NCBI GenBank assembly: GCA_001643675.2
Contig: LSRY02000007.1
Span: 1,054,001 to 1,118,000, forward strand
DNA length: 64,000 nucleotides
From: Monocercomonoides exilis PA203
Lineage: Eukaryota > Protista > Preaxostyla
Direction: 5' to 3'
Part shown: positions 52,851-64,000 of the stretch, piece by piece
How the letters are laid out: each line of letters begins with the position of its first letter
How positions within the stretch are numbered: the first letter of the stretch is position 1
Position numbers and translations under genes: made by a program
Notes under the pieces: model-generated
Databases searched by the model: none
What the model was told of the DNA's origin: nothing
Seen by the model: only the letters and a program-made list of their open reading frames with translations

Positions 52851-55800
52851 ATGTCATTGGACAGACTTAGGGAGTTAGATAAAAGTATTTTCTTCGTTTT
52901 ATGTCAGATATTTAACTGGAATTATATTTTCTTTGATTAACTTAAAAATTTTTGTAATTTATTTATTTAAGAACACAATCCAATTATCATTGGAGAATAT
53001 GAAAAACATACAAAAGGATTTGGATCTAAGATGCTTGCAAAGATGGGATTTAAAGGGAGATTGGGAAAATTCGAACAAGGAATTGAAAAACCAATAGAAG
53101 CTGTTGTTTTGCCCCCTAGAATGGGAATTCAATCCAAAGCTGACCTCCATAAAAAGAGAAACAAGTATAATGAAAGAGATGATGATGAAAACTTCGATGA
53201 GGAAAAAAGCGAGACAGCGATTGAGAAGATTATTAGAGAGGAAAAAGAGGAAAAAAAAAAGAGAAGAGCAAGATGGAAAAAAAAAGATGACCAAGAAGAT
53301 TCTCAAAGCAGCGATGAAGAGTCATCCGAAATGCCCTATTTTGAATTTGGAAAAGATGTCCAGGAAAGAGAAAAAGCACTCAAAGAAAAACGTCGCCTGA
53401 AACCAATTTATAAAACCCAAGAACAGTTCACTTCAGAAAATTTTGGAATTTCAAACCCGCAATCATATGCCTCTGTCACGTTTGTTGATATGACAGGACC
53501 CGAACAACAAGTTTATTCGTCATATGCAGATTATGTTTCATCCAAAGCGCAAACTGCTTCAATACAAGCAGCCGGTAATACTTGTGATCTGTCACAGAGA
53601 ATGCAACAAAGAATAAACTTTTTACGTATGTAGAAGCATCTTTATTTTGTTTTCAAAGTTTATTTTAACTGTGATACCTTTCAATCATATTTATTTTCAA
53701 AAATATTTTTTTTTCGATTTTATTTTTATCAATTTCTCAGACAGCGAAATATCATCAGAACAAGGAAAAAGTCGTGAATGCAGCAACGCACTCAAAATCA
53801 CAGAAATAGAAGTAGCTGAGAAAAAGAAGGTTGTCAAACAGAAAGAAGATCAACAAAGAGAAGTGGAAGAGTTACGCAAGCTCACTTCTTCATTCTTGGA
53901 GAAGGCAAATCAAGTTAAAAAACAGATGGAAGAGATTTTGAAGAAGATCCAGAACAGAAACCGTAGAATTGGAGAAGACTCTCCCACATTGGGTCAAAAG
54001 GAGAATGAGAAGGAGAGGGAGTGGAATGCAATGGATATTGAAGAAGAGGCAGAGCATAGCGATAGCGACGAATCTGATGTGGTTATCGTTCATCAGCCAG
54101 GAGCATCACTTCAAGGCAGACAAAGAAAAGATGATTTTTTGCTAAGCAATGAAGAAAATATGTCATCTCAGTCACAATCTCATTCAGAGCTTCCCAATCA
54201 AATAACTTCATCTTCTGCTTCCGATTCTCTTTCTCCTGCTGAGCAAAAAAAGCTTGCCTTTGCGATTTTGTCACTGGGCGCTGCTTTTTCAGACATTGAA
54301 TCGAAGTTTCCGTCGTCATTTTCCGCATTTCACATGATTCGCCTCGTCACATCAACAATCATTCCAATTCTCCGATTGTTTTTCACGTCACGTGCACAGA
54401 ACTCTTCATCCACTTCATCTGCATTCAATTCAACCTTTGCTTCTTCTTCTTCTTCTTCTTCTTCTTCTTCTTCTTCTTCTTCTTTTGCTTCAAGTTCACT
54501 TCCAACTACCTCTTATACCCCAATCATTTCCACCCCCCAATCCACATATGTTTTCTGGGAAGGCATTCCTCGCGACTCTTCATTGCTGCTGTCTGTCATT
54601 GTACAGTGGAAGCGAATCATATTTTCTCCGCCGTCTTCCTTCAGAAATTCTGCTTCTGTGAATGCTGCAGACACCTCGCTCCTGTCGCATCTCTCGCTGG
54701 CTGCTCAAAGAGAAGAGGAGAAAGCAGAAATTGTTGAAGCTGCGGTGATCTACAAAAAGCTGATGGAGGATGTGGTTGGGCCGGTTGTGGAGTGTTTGAT
54801 AGAGGAATGCTGGATGAAGGACACGTGGGACAAGGAAGAAAAGGACGAAAGGAGCCAAATGGGAAAAGAAAAGTCAAAAATGGAAAAAAACAAGGGAATA
54901 GGCAAAAATAAAAAGTCGAAAGTTAAAAAAGAAGCGAAGCCAGTTTCAATATGGGATGAAAATGAAGAAGAGGAAGGTGAAGAGGAAGAAGAAGATGATG
55001 ATAGAGAAAAGCCAATTGAAGTTGGAAGCGAACAAAGCGATTCGAACAACAGCGACGATGTGGTTGTTGTTCCGTCACCTTCTCCATCAAAATCTCCTTC
55101 TCACTCGCAAATACCATCTTCAATAAACTCTTTTCTTCGAAAGCTGCGGAAGCTTTTGGTTGTTCCTAAGCCTTTCACTTCTCCATTCCCCACTTCATTC
55201 TCTTATGCTGTTGCTGCTCCCCAGAATTCTCCTGTTTGGGCTGCTTTTATTCTTCTTGGAGAAGAGCGATGGAATCAGCTGATAAAAAAATCAGTCATTC
55301 CACAACTTTGCACGTCTTTTGATGCGCATTGGATGAAGAAAAAGAAAGCAAGTTCAAAAAAAACAGCTGCTTCCTCAAACAACTCTTCATCTGATGAGCG
55401 TAGAGAGAGTGATAATCAAGTGTCGATTATTCCTCTTGTCAGGCAGAGCATCAAATGGACTTCGTTTCTTTCTCCGTCTGTGAGGCATGCTTTCTACCAT
55501 TCGCACTTTTTCGCTGGGTGGAAGAGCGAAGCAGCAGAAAAGATGGACACGTTGTATCGTTGTGTGCAAATAGCAGAGGCGCGAAGGATAGCTTGCCTTC
55601 AGAAAGACTCTGAGAAGATGGATGACAGTGCAGGAGAAGACGGAGGGAAAGAAGAAGATGAAGAAGATGAAGAAAAAGAAGAAAAAGAAGAGACGAAGGA
55701 GATGCTGCGTGCATTGAGCATTGAATGTCAAAATATGGTGAAGTGGTTTGTTGGGTGGAAGCAGGAGTTTTCCACCATTTGGAGCAAGAAAATATGCCAT

Positions 55801-55893
55801 CACTTTGAAGTTGCCTTGAAGGACATTTCACAAAAGACACAGCAAATGCAGCAAATAATGCAATTACACACTCAGAAAAATGAATCAACTTAA
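52851..55893 (+). CDS. TFIP11: G-patch protein, TFIP11/Ntr1-like spliceosome disassembly factor (divergent)
   Basis: GEYEKHTKGFGSKMLAKMGFKGRLGKFEQGIEKPIE (G-patch), FVDMTGPEQQVYSSY, C-terminal WFVGWKQEF. Confidence 0.7.
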
Positions 55894-56135
55894 AAATATT
55901 TTCCACTTCAAAAAAAAAAAATTACTTTTTGTTTTGAAATTTTTTAATCAAAAAAATAACACTTCAAAATAAATGATTATTTGCAACATATAAAACGTAA
56001 TTTTATCAGACAATTAAAAAGAAATATATTAATTTCGAAGCGCTTTTTTGATTCATTATTTTCATCAAGACAAATTTAAAAATGTTTTGTGAATAAAAAA
56101 ACTATTATTTTTTAGAATGTAATGAAATTTGGCTA

Positions 56136-57071
56136 TTAATCACTCCATTCTTTGGTTTTTCCTTTCCATTTTGTTACATTCAGCTCCAACTGAATATCTG
56201 TTCCAGTTCTAACTTGTGGATGTTGAATTACGAGTGGATTTCCTTTCAACATGTAACACTTCAGCATCCCATTTAAATAGGGAAGCCAGATTAAATCAGC
56301 AACCTGTGGATATATTGTATTGCTTATTCCAATCAATTTTTCTGCTGCTTTTGCTCCATTAACAATATAGGCATGAGCCCCTGCTGTCCATTTCATTCGA
56401 CAAAGTTGAGGTGAGATGCTTGAAGAGCATTGCCCCCACAATGTCCCAAGGAATAAAACATCCCATTCTTCTGGAAGCTCTTTCATAACGTTTAAAAGCT
56501 TTTGAACAAATCTTTTTGTCAGTTTTGCATCGTCCTCTAAAATAAGAACAGGCTTATCAATCTTCATTTCGATTGACTTTTCAACAATTTCAAAGTACAC
56601 TTGTAAATGGCTTTGCCAACATCCTATCGCACCATAATGTTGATAGTTCGATCCTGCTGTTTCCTTCAAACGAGTAAAGTTAAACCTAGTTCTCGGATGA
56701 ATTCTTCTCATCATTCTACGAAAATCTTGTGATTCGAATGTTTCATTTAATCTTTTTCCATCAACCGCAGGAAATACAGTAAAGCGTAAAAAGTTGTTTT
56801 CAAGTTGCTGTGCAATATATTCCCTTCTATCTTTTCTGCGCTCAAGGTTTATGACATAAACATCTGAAAGTCCGATTGAATTGAGATATTGATCATTCGG
56901 CATTTTCTGGAAGTTATCGCGAATAGCTTCAGCAATACTTAAATCTGATTTTAGCTTTGAGGAAGTCCTTACGTAAATTCCAAACAATATGCAAAATGTT
57001 GCCAAACACAAAACAATAAGAAAATTCAATCCAGAATCAATAAAGCGCAATTTCTTTTGAAATACCATCAT
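56136..57071 (-). CDS. Glycosyltransferase family 25, type II membrane protein
   Basis: N-terminal TM; YVINLERRKDRR, FPAVDG, GAIGCWQSHL, LILEDDA, WDVLFLG, AHAYIV. Confidence 0.9.
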   Translation of the reverse strand: MMVFQKKLRFIDSGLNFLIVLCLATFCILFGIYVRTSSKLKSDLSIAEAIRDNFQKMPNDQYLNSIGLSDVYVINLERRKDRREYIAQQLENNFLRFTVFPAVDGKRLNETFESQDFRRMMRRIHPRTRFNFTRLKETAGSNYQHYGAIGCWQSHLQVYFEIVEKSIEMKIDKPVLILEDDAKLTKRFVQKLLNVMKELPEEWDVLFLGTLWGQCSSSISPQLCRMKWTAGAHAYIVNGAKAAEKLIGISNTIYPQVADLIWLPYLNGMLKCYMLKGNPLVIQHPQVRTGTDIQLELNVTKWKGKTKEWSD

Positions 57072-57873
57072 TCATCAAAATCTCTATATTTTTAATATCA
57101 AAAGTCAATGAGCTTCACAAAAAATTTTTTTCTTTCACAACAAAAAGTCAATTTTTAATAACAAAATACAAAAAAATAAATTTATGGTCAATCTTTCGAT
57201 CTTATTGAAAAAAGCGCAAATTTTCAATGAAAAAGAAAAAATGATTTTAAAGAATAATATTTTCATTTTATGTGTTCTACAAGTTGCACTGTTAATTCTG
57301 AGTTGTTATGCTTTTTAAACATTTTTTATTGAAACTGTTCAGAAAAGAGTGAAATTGTTTGCTGTAAGAAAAGCAATACATGCAAATTCATTAACATTAA
57401 AAGCTTATTCATCATAAATGCCAACTAAACAGGAGGAAAAGTGTAAAATGATTCCCAAAAAGAGAAAGCTTTTTTTAAGCATTTTCAAGTTTTCAACAAT
57501 GAACTGTTGATGATTTAACAATAACACTCACATAGCTCATCCAGCGTATTTTTCACATTGACTCAATAATATCAAAATTTTGAATGTTTCAAACAAATGC
57601 GCTGCATCAACGTATTTGAAGTTAATGAAAGCGATACCAGATGAAGTTTAATATAAATGAGAAAATATTTAACTTCAAGATTCTTACAAGCCATTTTAAT
57701 ATTTCTAAAATATATTTCTCCATTTTAATTAAAATCTAATTTTTATATCACCGCAGAATTCACAGACAAAATTGCATTGTAGAGCAAATATGCTAGTTTA
57801 TAAAATGCAATTTTCAAATCACCGAGGCTCAATTGTCGCAAAAAAGGGTGTTCTTTCAGTAAATAGCTTTCGT

Positions 57874-59622
57874 TCATTTCCATCTTTGGTACAAATTGAT
57901 AACAGTGTTTTTTCTGCCCACATGCCCATACAGTATGGAATGGTAAACAAAAGCAAAAAGAATGTCATCCATTCCTTCTTCCTCTCCATATTCCAGAAAC
58001 ATCCTCTTCGCCTGATTCCGTTTTTCCTCTTTTTGTTTTGCGACAGAATCTGAATTCTCATCTGGCTTTGATGAATCCAAAAAATATTCGGATGTGAAGT
58101 CAATAATGTCCCATGCTGTCATTGTCGTGTCGATGATGCGATGATCCTGAACAAAAAGATTAAGAATGCCTGACATGCAGTTGCTCGAATTCATCATCTG
58201 CAAAAGATAAGCAGCAATATCCTCCTCTCCAGAACTGATATATTTATTGCTTTTCAATAGTACTTTTTGTTCTCTTGATTCCGATATATTCCCAGTTGCT
58301 CTTCTCGTTTGCATTTGATCATCATTTTCGGTCTTTTGTTCATTTCTTAGTGGACGAGATATTTCTGACTTATCCACATCGACGGCTGCCTTTAATATTG
58401 ATTGCAATGTATTAACAGCACATTCGCGCCATGCACTTGAACATGATTTCAAAGAAGATGCGAATAAATGGAGAAGGCACTCATCTTCCAAAAAGGCACA
58501 CACGCACGCTGCACAACCTGTACAGATGGACCAAATTAACTCGCAGCAATGCAACATCAGATCAACAATAGCAGCGCTTCTATTCCATATCGGCTCGAAA
58601 AGCTTGTTGTGAAATGTCCTTGGAAATGTCTCATCTTTCAAGTCGCAGCAGGATGAATCGCCAACGCATGTCTGAATCATCGTCACTACGAACTTCACAA
58701 GGCGCTTATCATCCGCCACTTCCCTGCAAAGTGCCTCATCTTCAAATAGAAGATTCTCAATCAGTGAGATTGCCTCGGATGCAACGCAAAGCTGATCTTT
58801 GGACAGTTGGACTTTGATGCAAGAAATATGATGGCAGAAATGGATGCCAAGAAGATGGATGTTCTTTTTCTTTGCAATAAGCTTATTCTCTGAAAACAGA
58901 AAATGAACAATTAATTCGTTTTTCAATTCACATTAATATGCGAAACTCAATCTTCTAGAAAAATTACTTCATGGATAAAAATAGTTCTAACCTTTGTCAG
59001 AGACAACGCAAATAAGTGCACCAAGCAACTCGGCAGTAAATTCGTAATTATGAGAAAGCTTGATAGATTTTGGAGGAGCCATCAGAAGTTGCATAATTGA
59101 GTCTATGCATTCATTTAACAAGTTCATCTCCATGCTTTTCTCTTTGTTGAGGTAGCAAATCGATAGCATTGCTCTCAAAGCAATCTCGTCCATCTCAACG
59201 CTCCCCAGAAACGTGCCCTCCAGAAGTGAACCAACTCCAAAAAATAATTTCATCTTCATCTCAGAAAAATATTGATCTGTTTCGTTGAGCGCCAAGTTTT
59301 TCGAAATCTCGTATATGATGCTAAAGAAAATTGAAGCCGATTTTGCGTCGAGATTCTTTCCAATTCTTTGGAATTCCTCTCCAAAGTTTGAAGGAAGTTT
59401 GCTCCGACATTGCTCAATGGAAAGCTGTCCCAAAAGACATTTTATTCTCTTTAAATATATTTCTTGATTTCCATCGCATCCGCATTGCAGAAGCAAATCT
59501 GTAACATATTTTTCATGAAAGAAAAAAAAATAAGCAAAAGCACAACCTGGCATATCATCCACATTGTCAGTCAATAAAAAAACAGTCCCAGAGACTTTTC
59601 TATGAGATGGAGTTCCGCCCAT
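57874..59622 (-). CDS. Hypothetical helical/ARM-like protein, spliced
   Basis: ORFs 58987-59622 and 57874-58926 joined by an intron-like segment; helical-repeat composition. Confidence 0.55.
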
Positions 59623-60040
59623 CTTTAATAAGCATTATATAAACTCCTTAACTTCGAAAAACACGAAAAGCTCTAATATTCTTTTTATATTGGGAAGTTC
59701 TCATTTTTCAATAAATGAGATTCCAGATATTTGCAACATGAAATCTTATCATTATCAAATAAAAAGAGAATTAACAACTGCTTTCATTCCGCTGTTTTTC
59801 TTTTATTTTAAATTTTCATTTTTGCATCATCTTAATAACTTAACAATTGACAAAAATCCTTATCTTTTTACTGAATGAAGTTTGTTTAACATAGAAATTC
59901 ATTCAATAAATTATTGAAATCAACGAATATTTCAATTATTTTCGATCGAATTAACCAAAACAATAACAAAGAAATATAAAACTATTTGTTTCTCTGGTTG
60001 CAGAAGCCATCGATAGGAAAGAATAATCCTTCAAATTGGA

Positions 60041-61677
60041 ATGTCTATTTCTCTGCCGAATAAGCTTGTTCAAAAGCTGGCTGGGCAGAAAGGTCCCGTT
60101 CACATTGTTCGACTTAATGAAAATGGAAATTACTGCTTCAGTGGTGGAAGAGATCGAGCCATTCATTTATGGAATCCTTTAAAAGGAAAACATGTCTATT
60201 CCTTTGAAGGAGGCCATGGCTTTGATGTTACAAGTCTTGCGATGTTTGCTTTACAAATATTTTATATCCCTTCTCATCAATTATCTTAAATTTTTTTAAA
60301 AACTGGATATATTCGTTTTGCGATTGCAATGATATTAAATTTTCAAAAGTGACACTTCGAATTCAATGTTTGCATCAGGAGGGATGGACAAGCTTGTTCT
60401 TGTTTGGGATATTGCCCATACAAGGATCAAAACTCGTCTTCGAGGTCATTCTCAGGTTTGATAATAGTATTCTCAAAATCAAATATTTTTCATTTTTATT
60501 TTTATATGTACCTTCAAATGATAACAGAAAATAAATTGTTTGGCATTCGACAAAAGCACGAACATTTTGGCTTCAGGTTCATCTGACAAAACCGTGAGAC
60601 TTTGGGACATGCGGTTTGTATTCTGTGTTAGTTTGTTCGTATATGTTTAATTTTGAAATCGATTTGACAACCAGATCTCGCTCATTTACGCCCATTCAGA
60701 CACTCACAGAAGCAAAAGACGGAATAACTTCGATTGAAATTCTTTCTTCAAGCATCGTCACAAGGTTCGAACATTTTCTTCTTCTTCTTTATGTTTCGCG
60801 ATTTTTTTGCTTTTTAGCTCAATAGACGGATCTTTGAGAACATATGATCTTCGGACAGGGAAAGTGACAGTTGATTCAATTGGAGGTCTGAATCTCTTTC
60901 CAAAGTTATTTTCTTATTCAGCTATTTTTTTTATCTTCTTTTTTTCTTTAATGCACATGTTTCTTTTGCATAATGTTAATAAATTCTAACATTTGTGTTG
61001 TTCATCTGCGTGTCAATTGCGTGTGTGATGGTTTAGTTCCGATAACATCGATGGCTGTGTCACATGACAGAAACTGCTTTATTGCTTCCTGTCTAAGTGG
61101 TGCTGTGCACCTGGTCGATCGAATCTCAGGCGATGAGCTGAATCAGTTTGACACTTGCTCTTTCGTTTTCTTCGTGATTTATTGACTTTCTTCGTTGTAC
61201 AGATTCAAAGGGCACAAACACGAGAAGTTTCAGGTGGAGTGCTGCTTCAGTGAAGACGATAGTGTTGTCATATGTGGTTCTGAAGATGGAAAGGTGTTTT
61301 TTTGGGATCTTGTTGAAGTGTGTTGCATTCGTTTTATTTTTTATTTAAACAATTGTTTCATTGTCTTCTTTATCTATTTCTTTCTTTCTTTCTTTCTTTC
61401 TTTCTGTTTTCCTGTGTCATTAATTTTTTTTTTTCTCTCTCAGGGTACTGTCGTCTGTTCACCACAGGCGCACACTTCTGTTTGTTCATCGTTGTGTTAT
61501 GGGATGTGCTCGTCGCTGGGCGGACTGCCTCTTCTCGTGACAGCTTCAGCCGATGGAAGCATTTGTGTGTGGTCAGATGAAACTTTTGTAGACAAAGTTG
61601 CTGAGACAAGCAGAAAGGAGACTGTTGGAACACCGTTCATGGAGACTCGCACAAGGCTGCCCCTGCTTTTCACTTGA
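60041..61677 (+). CDS. WDR83: WD40 protein WDR83/MORG1, multi-exon
   Basis: GPVHIVRLNENGNYCFSGGRDRAIHLWNP, FASGGMDK, LASGSSDKTVRLWDMR, SRSFTPIQTLTEAKDGITS, SIDGSLRTYDLR.G, FKGHK, ICGSEDGKVFFWDLV. Confidence 0.88.
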
Positions 61678-62346
61678 GTTTATCTTTCAAAATTAATTTC
61701 TTTGGATCAAGTAAAAACATCTCAAATAAAGTGTTTCTAATGGTCGGTAAAATGGAATCACTGTTTATTGAAAGAAATATCGGTATTGTGAAAGGACAGT
61801 TTCCATATTACAAAGGAATAATTAGGTATAAATGTTTGAATGTTTTTGCTTTTACAAGCATTTTTCTGTAATTTAATGTACCTCTGTTTCTACCATGCTT
61901 TGTTTTTTATACTTCAAGATAACACAAGCAATGCTACTAAATTGCTGATTTGTTTCAGATTTTATTGTTATTAACAGCACATTTATTCAGACTATGCATT
62001 CAATGCCTGAAAGAGCACTTTGCAAATGAAAAAGTTGCGAAACGGTTGAATCCAGCTATATTCCACAAATTTGAATTTATTTTATAATTAGAAGAGAGTT
62101 TTATTATTATTTTTTTCAACTTTGATGGAAATTAAAGCAAAGTGGAAGAAATTTTTTAAATTTTTTGCTTTTTCGGAGAAAATGAATATTTATTTATTCA
62201 TGAAATATCATCATTCAATGAGAATTTAGAACAAAAACCTAGGCTTTAACGCATAAAAAGAAATATTTCAAAGACTCTGAAAAATATTCGTTCAATTCTC
62301 AGTTTTCTTTTCCCATACTTATTCTTAAGTCAAGATTTGGGTGAAA

Positions 62347-64000
62347 ATGATTACAATTATTTTATTTTGCTTTGAAGCTTTGTTTGCGGTGCAGAGTAAT
62401 GCCAATATAAATGTTACTATTATACACACAACTGACAGTTTTGAATTTTTAATTTGTTGCGAATTAGAAGGGTTTTTTCTCTGAAATAAAAAATGACTTT
62501 TCTTTAAATAAATAATGTTTAGTTCACGGATGGATAAACTCCCACGTTCACGATTCAAGATATGATGCTGGAGTATGGGACTTGTATAACTTTGTAGATT
62601 ATTATAAAAGAACGGCTGGCCCAAATGATCTTGTTCTATTATTAGATACTGGAGATTTAACACAAGTTTGATTTATCGTTTTTAATCCTAATTTTATAAG
62701 GAAATTATTTTTTTTGGAATAACGTATAGGGAACTGGACTTAGCGATGCAACTCCAATTCAAGGACAGTTTATTTTTGATGTTATGAAGCTTTTGCCTTT
62801 TGATGGGCTTGCAATTGGGAATCATGAATTGGGTAATGAAGATTGCATTAACAATATTGCAGATAATTTTGCGCCATTTTGGAATGGAAGGTACAAATTT
62901 AGACGAATTATTTTTTTGAATACATTTTCATTATTTTATTAATTGAGGTACTTGGGATGGAACGTTGAGCATACAAATCCAAATAAAAAGCTTACAGGAG
63001 ACTATTTTACGATTAAATTACCAAACAATCAGGGAAACATTCTTGTGATGGGATTTCTTTATAATATGCATGGTGCAGCGTCAAATGTAAAGATAACGCC
63101 AATTAATCAGCTTTTGACAGAAAATAGATTCCGTAAAGCGTTTTCTGAACCAAACGTTAAGATGATTATTAATTTATGTCATATTGCGACAAATGCTTCG
63201 GAAATCAAGCAACTTCATAATTTTATCTCGCAACATAAACCAGATACACCTCAATTGTATTTAACAGGCCATTCTCATCTTATCCGTACAAAAGATTTAG
63301 ATACTTTAAGCACACTTGATGCAGCTACAACGTCATCACATGCATTTGCAATGGAAAGCGGTGCATTTGCAAGGCAGCTTGGATTCATTCGTTTTACACT
63401 CTCTCCAAACGGTATCCAGATGAATGAGGAAGATGGACACATGTCAAATGCAGTTTTTATCGGAGAAAACGGAATTGAAATGTTGGACGGAGGCGATCTG
63501 TCGTCCGTGTCATCAGATTCTTTGTCTTCTTCTCTTCTGTCAAAGTTGTCGTTCCAGCACTATTTTGTGAATTACAACCATAAAACCATGTTGTCGTGGA
63601 CAAAGACAAACGACTCAACATTTAACACTCCAGCCGGCAACTCTATCCATCGAATGGTGAGCAGAAAGTACTATGATTTAAACCTGGGGCGAGTGATTGG
63701 CTACTCGAAGTATCACTATTACAAGAATCAACGAGTGGAGGAAGGACAGCATTCTCTCAGCCGTCTTGTTCTGGATGAAATGCTCCCAGCATGGAGATGG
63801 AATATCAACAATGCTTTCTTTATTGTAGGAACTTCTTCATTAAGAGGTGTGTGAATGCACTGCAAATTTATATTTTTATAAAAAAAATTATTGTTGAATG
63901 CATTTTTAAAGCAACTGATTTTTAAATTTTTCTCAATTTTTAACTTTTCCTTACACATTATTTTGATGCTTTTGATAATTATTTATGAAAAACCATTTGA
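62347..64000 (+). CDS. Secreted calcineurin-like metallophosphoesterase, 5'-nucleotidase family; spliced, probably continues beyond the window
   Basis: Signal peptide; IIHTTD-VHGW, DTGD..GTGLSD, IGNHEL, LCHI, TGHSH, ESG motifs. Confidence 0.85.

Overview
AT-rich eukaryotic (protist) DNA with short GT-AG introns, poly-Ser/Glu low-complexity inserts and the standard genetic code. The style resembles the oxymonad Monocercomonoides (inference, not verified). Both ends of the window carry ordinary host genes: WRNIP1/Mgs1, AMPK gamma, SNF5-like, a CCHC zinc-knuckle protein, ELAPOR/KIAA1324-like, MCM3, CDK5RAP3, RPC11, TFIP11-like, a GT25, WDR83 and a 5'-nucleotidase-like metallophosphoesterase. The middle (~12.6-34.6 kb) is a cluster of mobile DNA. 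The main find is a ~5.5 kb element (13206-18692) with ~1 kb terminal inverted repeats. It encodes an intronless PrimPol-SF3 helicase fusion plus an identical 83-aa basic protein in each arm. It has fold-back termini and an origin-like repeat/G4 region, but no integrase, transposase, PolB or capsid gene. The same cluster holds a TA-flanked Tc1/pogo-type MITE nested in its right arm, a 4.2 kb Pack-like TIR element with an ATAT target-site duplication that splits a pseudogene and carries decayed host-like exons, a 422-bp-arm palindrome, a decayed CFAP65-like fragment, and an intron-containing hAT transposase with TGACGT-rich flanking arrays.
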